64,000 bases of DNA, taken from assembly GCA_964016885.1 (NCBI GenBank), contig OZ024743.1, positions 128,278,001 through 128,342,000 on the forward strand, in the 5' to 3' direction. Positions 23,371 through 35,107 of this stretch are shown here, piece after piece (position 1 is the stretch's first letter; each line of letters starts with the position of its first letter). The translations under genes were made by a program, and so were the position numbers. Below the pieces are notes generated by a model. The model was given only the letters and a program-made list of their open reading frames with translations, was not told where the DNA came from and ran no database searches. Origin of the DNA: Eledone cirrhosa (lineage: Eukaryota).

Positions 23371-25339
23371 TCAACAATACCAATAACAGCAATATCAACA
23401 ACAACAATAGCAACAACAGCAATAGATACTATAAACAACAGCAACAATACCAATAATAACAATATCAGCAACAGCAGCAACAGTAGAAGAAATTATTTCT
23501 GTCACAAGTGTTCATTTATCTGTAAAACCTTTTTTTTTAACTGTACTGAGGTGGTTGAATGGATTTAATATTCAAACACATACACATACATATTATCTCT
23601 CTCTCTCTCAGACACACAGCCAGATGTGCCATGGTGTAATGGCTAAATACAGTTTACTGACATACAGTAGATGCATAGGCCAATTTTATTCCATCTCCAG
23701 GGGTACATTATTTATAGTTATCTGCATTGTGGCAGCTTCCAAAAAGGAGAAGCAAGCATTTTATTTTGGAACTAGCCCTACTACTTTACAGTTTAATGGA
23801 TGCATTTTATTGTGGCACCAGCAGCTCTAACATTTTATGGAGTGCATTAGTTGCACTATCACTTTATCATGCACTGAGTGCATATTACCGAGGCACCAGC
23901 ACTACCACTTTACAAAGTGTACTGGGTGCATTTCATCATTACATCAGCACTAGTGACATTGTCATGTACCCAACGAGACTGAGGTGTCTTCTCTCTCTCC
24001 CATATTGTCTCTGTTCCATCACCAGCCACTTTCCTGTGTCTACTGGGTGCATTTCATCATGGCACCAACACTAGAGAATTTGACATCCTTAACAGGGCTA
24101 AAGGGTTCTCTCTTCTATTCATCAACACTTAACAAGGAGTACTGAGTGTGTTCCATGAGACACAGGCACACACACACACATATATATATATCATCATCAT
24201 CACCACCATCACACATATATACATATCCATATAATCCATACCAGAATGGAAAAAAAAACAATGGCAAAACATTAGTGGTGGTGGTGATGGTGCAGAGGAA
24301 CAGGGAGAGGAAGAATGGTTATATGTATGAGTATTTCCCCATCCTGTGACATAAATTGATCATATTTGGTATCACAGACCCATTTATGTCAAGTGAGGGG
24401 GAATATAATTGACACAAACACCGAAACACATTTTAACATTTGTGTGTTTTTTCAGTATTGCTATGTGGGTGCTGTGTATATATATATATATATATGTGTG
24501 TGTGTTTCTGAATATTATGAATATTTCTAATATTAGATGCTTTCTATGATTTTCAAATCCTTTTCAAAATAATCAGGAACTTATAGTAATTTGGCAATAT
24601 AAATAACTTTACCATTATTAAGCTGGTGTTTGCAGCATAACTTAATAAATGTTCTTAGAGAAAATTTTAATGGAAGCTTTTTGATAAAAATAAACATTTT
24701 AAGATAAACAGCTTTGTATCATAAACCAGGCATGGTTTCAGGTGGGTTGATAACAAGTCTTAAAGTGCCTATATTTATCTAAAAACATTCCATCGGAATT
24801 TATTGTGAGAACCTTTGTTAAGTTAATAATGAGAAAATTTGTTATATTACACAATCTCTCCAAAAAGTGTTTGATCATTTTCAAAATTTATTGAAACCTA
24901 TTGGCTGAGTATTTCATTATAAATAGAGTAACAATGAATTAAGAAGTTAACTTCACATCCCCATGGTGTCAAGTTCAGTCCCATTGCATGGCAACTTCAG
25001 TAAATGTCTCTACTATATCCTTAGCTTGACCTATTGCTTTTGTGCGAAATATCGAAATGAAAACTATAAAGAACAGAATTCCATCATATATATCATCATC
25101 ATCACCTATTTTTCCAGGTTTGCATAAGAGAGATGGGTTGTCACATTATAAGACAAGTGAGGTTTGGAGACCACATCATGCTCATATGGATCTGTATTTT
25201 AGGGTGGTTTTTAGAGCTGGATATGATTCCTAACGCCAACCACATTACAGGGTGAACTGAGTGATTTTTATCATGGCACTGAAATGTAGACTAAAAGTGT
25301 TTTTTGTTGTGTACCCATCAAGAAATATGTATATATATA

Positions 25340-25575
25340 TATTAATTCAAAATATTAACAAATATAGACATTCTTGTGATCAAGTATATTTTATTATACA
25401 TATTTCAGAGGTACTGAGCTATCTTCAACAGTACGTCCTCATCAGATAAAATAAGATGATGCATGACATACCTTGACTAAGTAGATGGTTAAAATTCAGT
25501 CATGGCATTAATATATATAATAAAATATACTTGATCACACGAATGTCTATATTTGTTAATATTTTGAATTAATAT
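25340..25575 (-). mobile_element. PLE terminal remnant with inverted duplication
   Basis: 25340-25398 is inverted relative to ~25515-25575 and encloses an HHR. Confidence 0.6.
25388..25452 (-). ncRNA. Type I hammerhead ribozyme motif
   Basis: ATTTTAT CTGATGA ggac GTACTG-ttgaagatagct-CAGTAC ctct GAAAT-ATGT-ATA ATAAAAT. Confidence 0.65.
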
Positions 25576-25676
25576 TAATAACTCCAGAAAATCATTTCTT
25601 TGGAGTGCTTCTAATCTATTGTAAAACTTTATTCATTGAACCTTGTTTAACCTTTAAATATATATATATATATTTA

Positions 25677-25708
<32 letters not shown>

Positions 25709-25734
25709 TGCTGTTGAGAGATTAACAAATCTTG

Positions 25735-26225
25735 TTTGGGGAGCTACTAAAGCTGCTAGCTACAAAAGGTTTTCCCCTCAGAATGGAGGGCAGATTGTAT
25801 GATATATACAAACTGAAATGTTGCATGGTAGTGAGACCTGGTTGCTATGTGCAGAAGACCTGCGAAGATTTGAAAGAAATGAAGCTTCCATGCTACGATG
25901 GATGTGTAATAGTAATATATATGAATAGCAAAGCAAAATGAACTATGAGAAAAATTGGGCATAAGAGGAATCAGAAGCAGTGTGCAGGGGAGGAAACTGC
26001 ATTAGTATGGACATGTGATGCATACTAAGGATGACATAAAAAAGTACAGAGCACTCAAAGTTGATGGAAGCTATGGAGTAAGAAGACCTAGGAAGACTTG
26101 GGATGAGGTGATAAAAGCTTATCTTGCAAAATTGCACTTCTCAAAGGCAATTACACAGGACCGTGATCCCTGGCATTAGGCACTAATAAAGAAGACCCAC
26201 CTTCCCATGGACACAGGTGGAGGCA
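25735..26225 (+). mobile_element. Decayed RTE LINE 3' fragment
   Basis: ELLKLLATKGFPLRMEGRLYD, HGSETW, YGHVM, RPRKTWDEVI. Confidence 0.8.
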
Positions 26226-26249
26226 TACATCTAGTATGCTCCACCTTCC

Positions 26250-26660
26250 CCTCCATAAGATGACCTTTAGACACTCGGATAAGTGATCATCCACAAAGCT
26301 GGCAAGCCACATATGGTCACTCAAAGATGCCGACGTCAATTACTCCATTCAATGGAAAGTTCTGACCATATCTTGCTGAGATTATGTAATAGTACTTGTC
26401 TCAATAAAGATCGTTTTTTTTTTAATCGCTGCTCCCATGCCACAAAGTACATGTTATGTAACTAGAAGGACCCACACTAATTTTACTCAGAATGAACTCA
26501 ATTGTTTCCTTTTCAACAGTCTAACTTGAATTTTCTCCCTTGTTGACGTCCATGCACAAAGATCTATGCACAACCTGACTCAAGTTGAGAATCCCTAATT
26601 TTTGTGGAACTAACTTTATACCGAACTTGTCCTATGGGCTGAGTGCTCTATTTACTTCAG
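26250..26660 (+). mobile_element. Decayed Naiad-type PLE GIY-YIG C-terminal fragment
   Basis: HKMTFRHSDK*SSTKLASHIWSLKDADVNYSIQWKVL...CLNK...RCSHATKYML, homologous to the end of the 21384 ORF. Confidence 0.65.
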
Positions 26661-26715
26661 ATCTGACCTCTCGGTGTTTTACCCCTATTACAGTCCACAC
26701 TGTAAAGTGGTTTAT

Positions 26716-27213
26716 TTGAAAGGACAGTTATACGATGCCTGTGTGAAATGCGCGATGCTGTGTGGTAGTGAGAAATGCGCGATGCTGTGTGGTAGTGAGA
26801 CAACTGCAGAGGATATGCAACAGCTTGAGGAAATGAAGCAAGCATGCTCCGTTGGAGGTGCAATGTCAATGTGCATGAACGACCAAGCATAGACGAGTTG
26901 AGAAAGAAACTGGGTATAAAAGGGATAAGTTGTGGTGTGCAGGAGAGAAGACTGAGATGGTATGGACATGTGATGCGCATGGAGGATGACCGCTGGGTAA
27001 AGAAGTGCCAAGAAATCCCAGTAGAAGGAAGATGCAGTAGAGATAGACCACGAAAAACATGGGTGGAAGTGGTGAGAGCAGATCTCAGATTGCTGAAACT
27101 CACGGAGAAGATGATGAAGGACTGTGACAAGTGGAGAGATACTGTGCTGAAGAGGACCTATCCAACCCTTGTAAGCAGGAAAAAGCGGACGTAAAATGAT
27201 GATGATGATGATC
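26716..27213 (+). mobile_element. RTE LINE 3' fragment
   Basis: ORF 26844-27194 homologous to the C-terminus of 31030-32385; (GAT)n tail. Confidence 0.88.
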
Positions 27214-27398
27214 ATCATAGAAAGCACCATGTCTACACTGCAAATGTGCTTGGCGCTAGGATGAACATCCAACAATAGAAACCAAACCAGAAACAGTTCT
27301 GAATGAGCAAGCCACGGTCATCTAGTCTGACTTGTCTCACTATAGGACAACTCATCTAACCCATTATATGGTGATGATATATATAGTTGCACTATCAG

Positions 27399-27486
27399 AA
27401 GTCTGATGAGCTTTTGATTCCAGAGTCGGGCCGATCGATAGAGATCAAACCTTGATCTGAATAAACGTAATGAAAATTTGACACTT
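27399..27486 (+). ncRNA. Possible decayed hammerhead with long helix II
   Basis: AAGT CTGATGA [~60 nt incl. AGATCAA-acc-TTGATCT] GAAA-attt-GAC ACTT; helix III and the cleavage triplet are damaged. Confidence 0.3.
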
Positions 27487-27514
27487 TATCCATGCTTATC
27501 TACTTATATATATA

Positions 27515-28001
27515 ACCAGCAATTTCTCTGTCTGTCTGTCCGACAGTGGAAACACGTGCGTAGAGAGAGAGTGAGAGTGAAAGAAAGAGACAGACTACGA
27601 GAGGGGGATAGCGGGAGGGAGAGAGAGAGAGTGAATAGACGCTAAAACACGTGCTACAGAAACATTACCTTCCCCTCTCCACTGACTTTGGTCACTGAGG
27701 CTGAGGGAATCGCGCTGAGCGCGTCATAATGACATAATGCAGACACCCAGACAGATATTATAAAGGCGCAATGTTATATCTATGTATCTATCTAAAAAGA
27801 AAGACTAAGAATTATATAGAGAGAATGCTAAATCGCCTAATGCGGTCCCTAGGGCATTGAAAATTTGAAATAATTTTTGCTCAAAACACTCACAGGACCA
27901 TAAGTATTACATGTCTAAAGTTTGAAAACAATCGGTTGGATGGTTCTCAAGTTTTAGTGAGCTGACAGACAGATAGACATTCTCTGTTTTAGATATATAG
28001 A
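27515..28001 (-). mobile_element. Non-autonomous Helitron (left arm of a divergent pair)
   Basis: Minus strand starts TCTATATATCTAAAAC..TGTCTATCTGTCTGTC. Its first ~270 bp are homologous to 28039-28310. It ends ...TTGCTGG|T (CTRR). Confidence 0.65.
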
Positions 28002-28038
28002 CTAGCAGAAAACCGCCTGCCAGGTGGTTTTCTGCTAG

Positions 28039-29242
28039 TCTATATATATAAAACTGAGGATGTCTGTCTGTGTGTGTGTGATTTTGAATCCCTAAAACTC
28101 GAAAAACACCCAACCGACTGTTTTCAAACTTTACACGTGTAATACTTATGTTTCAGGGAGTGTTCTGAGCAAAGAAAATTTCAAATTTTCAATGCCCTAG
28201 GGACCGCATTAGGCGATTTAGTGATCTCTCTCTATAATTCTTAGTCTTTCTCATTTTAGATATACATACATATAACGTCGCGCCCTTATAATATCTGTGT
28301 GTATGTCTGGCTGTCTTCATTACTTCACTTCCCACAATTCCATCTGCGTCCAGAACACGCCCTTATAATATCTGTCTGTATGTCTGGCTGTCTGCTGCCT
28401 CCGGTTATTCTGCCACCCTTGCTCAAGATACTCATTCCCCAAACAGTTGGTAAGAGCACACAACATCTTCCTCACGTTTTAAGCAACAGTGTTGCTTATG
28501 TACCACCAGACCCTTACTTCTTTACCAGCCGTGGTTGTGGCAATACTAAGCTTAGCTAAGGCGGTTATATATTTCACACAACACTAAAAATTAAAGCCGG
28601 TAAAGAAAAACATTGCTATAATAGCTTCAGTTTTCACAGTGTTGCTTACTTACGTACTTTTACGAGAACAAAAGTTACTCAGGTAGTGTTATGCACATAA
28701 AAAATTCAACTTTTTGATCCCCTAGGTGAGTGTTATGCACATAAAAAATCCAATTTTTTGATCCCACATTAGGTGAAAAACTGCCGTTTTTTTTCAGCTT
28801 TTTAGGGGTATTTTGAAGCGTTACGTCAGATCGATTTCCTTGAAATTGTAACTATGTATTAGTCAGTCTCTTCTTCATACCATAAGCAAAGAAAATCCAA
28901 CTTTTTTATGGCCTAGGGCCCGCATTAGGTGAAAAACTTCATTTTTTCAGCTTTTTAGGGATTTTTTTAAGCGCTACGTCTAGCTGATTTTCCCTAAATT
29001 TCAAGGCATATTATGCACATAAAAAAAAATTCATTTTCTTGATGCCCAAGGGCCCGCATTAGGTGAAAAACTGCATTTTTCCTGCTTCACCGAGGAAAAT
29101 CTTAAAGATTATCCAGCCATCAAAGTATTCGGTTTATTTTCTTTACATATTGTTGAGACATGCAGTTTTTCCACGAACAGGTCTGTTGGCGGCCCGCATT
29201 CCGAAATACCTTATCCCGTGTAACGCCGGGTACCACTGCTAG
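28039..29242 (+). mobile_element. Non-autonomous Helitron
   Basis: 5' TCTATATATATAAAAC..tgtctgtctg; 3' CCCG-tgtaacgc-CGGG hairpin (29215-29230), then CTAG|T. Internal imperfect repeats of 'ccgcattaggtgaaaaac'. Confidence 0.8.
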
Positions 29243-29507
29243 TTATATATATATATATATATATATGAAACCATTATATATATATGTATATAATATATAT
29301 ATATAAGAAACTATTATATATATATATAATATATATATATATCATCATCATCATCGTTTAACGTCCATTTTTCACGCTAGCATGGGTTATATATATATAT
29401 ATATATATATGTGTATGTATGTAAAAGGTAAACAGAAATAACAACACAATCGGTACAGTAACTGGAAGGCATATATTAGGTTAACGCTCGAAATAGCAGG
29501 AAGAGGG

Positions 29508-29543
29508 TCTTAATGTTTTGGACGATAGTCCTTCATCAGAAGA
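29508..29543 (-). ncRNA. CpG-decayed minimal hammerhead
   Basis: TCTT CTGATGA a GGAC-tatc-GTCC aAAAC aTT AAGA; two CG>CA changes would restore CGAAACGTT. Confidence 0.5.
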
Positions 29544-29764
29544 AAGAATGAGAAATTAGAAAGATTGAAGACAGGCGGGGCGGAATCGGAAAAAAATGTT
29601 TATATATATATATATATGCATGCATGTATGTGTGTGAATTCACAAAATAATGTGTGTATGTGTTCATAGGTGGTGATGATAAAAACAGAAAAAAAAAACA
29701 AGCAAACAAGTAATTGTTGGCATCTGGAAAGGGTATCCATAGCAGAAAAAAATTTAAAAACAAT

Positions 29765-29905
29765 GTTAATGATGATGATTGTGACAATGCTGATTATGAT
29801 AGTGGTGGTGTTAACAATGATGATACTGGTGACAATAATGATGATGATGATGATGGTGATGGTGACAATGACAGTGATAATGATGATAGTGATAATGATG
29901 TTGAT
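29765..29905. repeat. Degenerate (GAT)n tract
   Basis: Directly visible. Confidence 0.85.
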
Positions 29906-29974
29906 AAAATTTATATAACTTAACTAAAGCAAGTTTCTGCAAGACATAATGAAACAACTTTTCATATATATATA

Positions 29975-32411
29975 TTACTAGTTAGGCAGCGGGACAGGCA
30001 GATAGTGTCTAATACCAAGGCATACCCTGGGGAAGAATGTACCCCAGAGCATAGGTTAGTCGTTAGTGATATCTCAGTAAGCAAGAGATGGAATGAGACA
30101 TATAGGAAGGTGTGGAGAAGAAAGGTCTGGAAGCTAAAAGACCTTTCACTAAAATACAAATTTAGGAAAGCCCTTCAAAATGTATATGACGAAAAAGAAG
30201 ACGAGTGACATAGATAATAACTGGAATTTCTTACGTGACAACTTGCTGCAGGCTACTGATGAAATTTGTGGCTGGAGCAGAGCTCCAACCAGACAGAGAG
30301 TGACCTGGTGGTGGAACAGCACAGTAGATAAGGCCATTAGAGACAAAATACTAGCATGGAAGGCTTGGAAAAAGGGTGGGAGTAGGGAAGAATATACAGC
30401 CACTAAGAGAGAAGCTAGACGTCAGGTGTACTTAGCACGCAGGGAGGCGGAGAGTAGGAGTTGCCAATGTTCTGCGACGGGAAGATCAGAGGTGTGCGGT
30501 GTTCCACATTGCAAGGTAGTGTGTCAATGCAAATCAGGATGCTGTTGGAGATAAATGTGTCCGGGATGATGCCGGTGTACTTAGTGTCATGAATGATCAG
30601 AAAAAAGAGGCCTGGAAATGTCATTATGAGAGACTCATGAATCTGGAGAAAGAATGGGAGAGAGAGAAATTACCCTTAGTAGATCCAACAGAGGGACCAG
30701 CTATTGAGATTGATGAATATAGGGTCCAAGAGGCGATTAAGGAAATGAAAAATGGTAAAGCTGCTGGACCATCGGGAATAGTTGCTGAGATGCTGAAGAC
30801 ATCAGGGGATGTAGGCACTAAACTGGTTGCACGCATCATCAATCAGGCTATATATGGTGGTGTCATACCCAAAGACTGGTGCAGCAGTATTCTTATAAAT
30901 TGCTACAAAGGTAAAGGGGATGCTCTGGAGAGGAGCATTTATAGGGGTATAAAACTGATGGATCAGGTTATGAAAGTGGCAGAAAGGATATTAGCATAAC
31001 TAATTAGAGAAAGGGTCAAACTAGATGAGATGCAGTTTGGTTTTGTGCCTGGGAAGAGTACAACAGATGCCCTCTTCTTGGTGAGACAATTGCAAGAGAG
31101 GTTCTTAGAGAAAAATAAGCCACTATACTTAGCCTTTGTTGACCTAGAGAAGGCCTTTGATAGGATACCCCGATCTGTCATCTGGTGGTCCCTAAGGAAA
31201 CTAGGTGTTGAGGAATGGCTTGTGAGGACAGTGCAAACTTTGTACAGAGGTACTCTCAGTAAAGTCAGGGTAGGAATGGAGTTTAGTGAGGAATTCCAGA
31301 TACAAGTAGGAGTACATCAAGGTTCTGTCCTCAGCCCGCTCTTGTTCATTATAGTCCTCCAAGCCATAACAGAGGAGTTTAAAACTGGCTGTCCATGGGA
31401 ACTTCTCTATGCTGACGATCTGGTTCTTATAGCAGAATCAGTAGAGGAGCTAGAGAATAAATTCTGGCTATGGAAACAGCAGTTGGTAGCAAGAGGACTG
31501 AGAGTTAACCTAGCTAAGACAAAAGTGTTGATGAGTAGAAAAGAGGACAAAACTCTGATTCCGTCAGGGAAATGGCCATGTTCGATATGCAGAAAAGGAA
31601 CTGGCATAAATTCTATAAAATGCACACAATGCAGATCCTGGGTACATAAGAGATGTAGTGGGATAGCAGGCAAACTAACAGGTAGGGAGAAATATGTATG
31701 CAGTAGATGTACAGGGAAATTAGACAGTAGAAGTCGCATTGATAGACACATTTTTCAAATGCAGGAGGGTGCTATAGAAGTGGTGGATAGCTTCCTGTAC
31801 CTAGGAGATCAGATTAGCATGGGAGGAGGGTGTTCCAAGGCCATAGTATCTAGAATAAGGACAGGTCGGAAGAAGTTTAGGGAGCTGCTTCCTCTGATGA
31901 TGAAGAAGGGTTTCTCCCTGCGTATGAAAGGCCGGTTGTATGATGCCTGTGTGAGGAGTGCGATGCTGCATGGTAGTGAGACATGGGCAGCAACTGCAGA
32001 GGATATGCGATGGCTGGAGAGAAATGAGGCAAGCATGCTCCGTTGGATGTGCAATGTCAATGTGCGTGAACGACCCAGCATAAATGTGTTGAGAGAGAAA
32101 CTGTGTCTGAGAGGGATAGAATGTAGTGTACGGGAGAGGAGACTGAAGTGGTATGGACATGTGATGCGCATGGAGGATGACCGATGGGTGAAGAAGTGTC
32201 AGGAAATGCCAGTTGAAGGAAGACGTGGTAGAGGTAGACCACGAAAAACATGGGCGGAGGTGGTGAGAACAGACCTCAGATCATTGAAGCTCACAGTGGA
32301 GATGACGAAGGACCGTGACGAGTGGAGAGATGCTGTGCTGAATAAGACCTGTCCCACCCTTGCAAGCAGGGAAAAGCGGACGTAAAATGATGATGATGAT
32401 GATGATGATGA
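29975..32411 (+). mobile_element. RTE-clade LINE from the end of the APE domain to the (GAT)n tail
   Basis: ..PGEECTPEHRLVVSD, TWWWN, RT domain and 3' tail; frameshift at ~30457 and stop at 30997-30999. Confidence 0.95.
31030..32385 (+). CDS. RTE reverse transcriptase (intact distal part) with PHD-like finger
   Basis: QFGF, FVDLEKAFD, GVHQGSVLSPLLF, LYADDL, GLRVN..KTK, CSIC..CTQC..VHKRC..CSRC, FLYLG, HGSETW, WYGHV, GRGRPRKTW. Confidence 0.9.
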   Translation: MQFGFVPGKSTTDALFLVRQLQERFLEKNKPLYLAFVDLEKAFDRIPRSVIWWSLRKLGVEEWLVRTVQTLYRGTLSKVRVGMEFSEEFQIQVGVHQGSVLSPLLFIIVLQAITEEFKTGCPWELLYADDLVLIAESVEELENKFWLWKQQLVARGLRVNLAKTKVLMSRKEDKTLIPSGKWPCSICRKGTGINSIKCTQCRSWVHKRCSGIAGKLTGREKYVCSRCTGKLDSRSRIDRHIFQMQEGAIEVVDSFLYLGDQISMGGGCSKAIVSRIRTGRKKFRELLPLMMKKGFSLRMKGRLYDACVRSAMLHGSETWAATAEDMRWLERNEASMLRWMCNVNVRERPSINVLREKLCLRGIECSVRERRLKWYGHVMRMEDDRWVKKCQEMPVEGRRGRGRPRKTWAEVVRTDLRSLKLTVEMTKDRDEWRDAVLNKTCPTLASREKRT

Positions 32412-32482
32412 TATATATACTTTTTTGTTATATGTTGATTATGAAGACGGCACATCACTATATAATATACATATCATTTTTT

Positions 32483-32736
32483 TCATTTCATTTTACGTCC
32501 GCTTTTTCCCTGCTTGCAAGGGTGGGATGGGAACTGATGCCGGCTTGATTTCTACAGCTGGATGCCCTTCCTAACACCAACCTTATTTACAGTGAGTGCT
32601 GGGTGCTTTTTTGCCGTGGCACCTCCATGACCACTTTGCAGTAGTATGATATGGACCCCAGTCCCTATCATCTCATTTCTACAGCTGAGTAAACTGGAGC
32701 AATGTGAAATAAAGTGTCTTGCTCAAGGAAACAACA
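32483..32736 (-). mobile_element. SINE family B, 5'-truncated
   Basis: Reverse complement of the SINE B body and tail. Confidence 0.85.
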
Positions 32737-34252
32737 AGTCACCCGGTCTGATATATGGTGGGCTCTTAGAAATCTAGGAGTAGATGAATGGCTTGTGAAA
32801 GCTGTACAAGCCATGTATAGGAGAGCAGTCAGCAAGGTTAGGATTAGCAATGAGCATAGCGAGGAATTTGGCGTACAGGTCGGTGTCCACCAGGGCTCTG
32901 TTTTTAGCCCTCTCCTGTTCATCATAGTCCTGCAGGCAATAACGGAGGAGTTTAAGACTGGATGCCCATGGGAACTCCTGTATGCAGATGACCTCGCACT
33001 TATAGCTGAATCTATGGTAGAACTAGAGAAGAAATTCCAAACTTGGAAGCAGCGACTAGAAAGAAAGGGTCTCAAAGTCAACATGACAAAGACTAAGGTC
33101 CTTGTAAGTAGACGAGAAAAAAGAACCCAGATTCCCTTAGGGAAATGGCCTTGCTCAGTATGTAGGAAAGGTGAAGGTAGGAACTCCATTCTCTGCCCCA
33201 AATGCAAACAATGGGTACACAAGAGATGTAGCGGGATCTCAGGAAGCTTAATTAAGAATATAGGCTTCACATGTAGCAGCTGTGCTGGGACAGCAAGCAG
33301 CAAACAGCCACAGGAAACAAGTACCACCAATCTCTGGGAGGGCTCTGTAGAAACAGTAGACAGCTTTTGCTACCTAGGTGATCGAATTAGCAGCGGAGGT
33401 GGGTGTTCAGAAAGTACAATAACTAGAGTAAGAACGGGATGGAAGAAGTTCAGGGAACTACTGCCACTGCTAGCTGCAAAAGGCTTCTCCCTCAAAATGA
33501 AAGGCAGACTGTATGATGCGTGTATCTGAACAGCAATGTTACACGGTAGTGAGACCTGGGTGCTGAAGGTGGAAGACTTACGTAGTTTAGAAAGAAACGA
33601 AGCCTGCATGCTCCGATGGATGTGTAATAGTAATATACGCGAACGGCAAAGCATAAATGAATTGAGAGAGAGACTGAGCATCAGAGGAATCAAATGCTGT
33701 GTGCAGGAGAGGCGGATGCGTTGCTATGGACATGTGATGCGTATGAAGGATGACAGCTGCATAAAAAGGTGCAGAGCACTAGAAGTCAATGGAGGCCGCA
33801 GAGTGGAGAGACCCAAGAAGACCTGGGATGAGGTGATAGGGGCCGACCTTACCCAGTTGCACCTCTCAAAGGCGATGACACACGACCGTGATCTCTGGCG
33901 TCACACATTAATACAGAGTACCCGACCTCCCAAGGGTACAAGCTGAAGCATATAGACAATATGTCCCCACACCCTCCCACTGCAAAGTGGTCGTGGAGGT
34001 GCCACGGCAAAAAAGCACCCAGCCCACACTGTAAAGTGGTCGTGTAGGCGCCACGGAAAATAGCACCCAGCACTCACTGTAAATGAGGTTGGTGTTAGGA
34101 AGGGCATCCAGCTGTAGAAATCAAGCCAAAATCAGTTCCTGTATGAGCAAGGCATGGTCAGCCGACCAGACACTGCCCACAACAGGACAACCCGTCTAAC
34201 CCATGCTAGCATGGAAGAACGGACGTAAAACGGTGATGATGATGATGATGAT
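32737..34252 (+). mobile_element. RTE LINE, second family, with long 3' UTR
   Basis: GVHQGSVFSPLLF, LYADDL, PHD-like finger, stop at 33527-33529. The 3' UTR ends AACCCATGCTAGCATGG..GGACGTAAAACG(GAT)n. Confidence 0.92.
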
Positions 34253-34263
34253 ATATATACATT

Positions 34264-34296
<33 letters not shown>

Positions 34297-35107
34297 TGAT
34301 ATACCATCTTCATTATCAACATATAACAAAAAAATATAAAGAAATCCAAAGAATTGAAACAATATAAAAAGAGAATTCCCCCAAATCAAAAGAGTTAATG
34401 ATAAATCAAGAGTTAACATCTCCTGGGAGATATTTTCACTATGTTTAAAATTTAGTTTGACAGAAATTCTAACACCATTACAGCTCTCTTTCTCTCTCTC
34501 CCACTCACACACACACATGCACCCACCCTATATAGCATGGTGGCGATAAGCTGCACAGTTTTGAAATACTTTACCAATGTTAACTCCACAGACAATAAAA
34601 ACTAAATTAAGATAACAGGCCATGTATATATCTGTATTATACATTGACAGCAAAGTAAAGTAACCTTGTTCCGTTACAGTTCAATGCAAAACACAACAGA
34701 AACAAAAGGATTGTGGGGAAGGAGATGAGAAGTGCAAGGGAAGGCATGTGAGTGTGTGTGTGGAAGGGGTTTTATTAAAACTGAGCTTTAACGCTTTCAT
34801 TGCCATATTTCTAAATGAAAGTCGTTGCCTAAATGTTTCAAATAATTTTGAAAATAATAAAAAATCAGGAGGGATTTTGTAATATAACAAACAGTATTAT
34901 TTAGTTCGTTTTTAGAGCATAACTTAACAAAGATTTTTACATAAAAGTATGATTGAAGGTTTTTTAGATAAATATAAGTACTTTAAAATAGTTGTGTATC
35001 ATAGAACTATTGTTTCAGGTGGTTTGGTATCAAAAGGTGGCGAATAAAAAGCAAGATATTTTAAAGAAACAGAATACATATCTCTTTCTTTGCATATATA
35101 TATGTTG

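Noticed and set aside
26280-26290. In-frame TGA in the Naiad-like fragment as selenocysteine
   Set aside because: It falls at a position where the intact ORF has Arg, not Cys (probably CGA>TGA), and the fragment is otherwise decayed.
29670-29923. Asp-rich or Met-rich ORFs
   Set aside because: Translations of a degenerate (GAT)n microsatellite.
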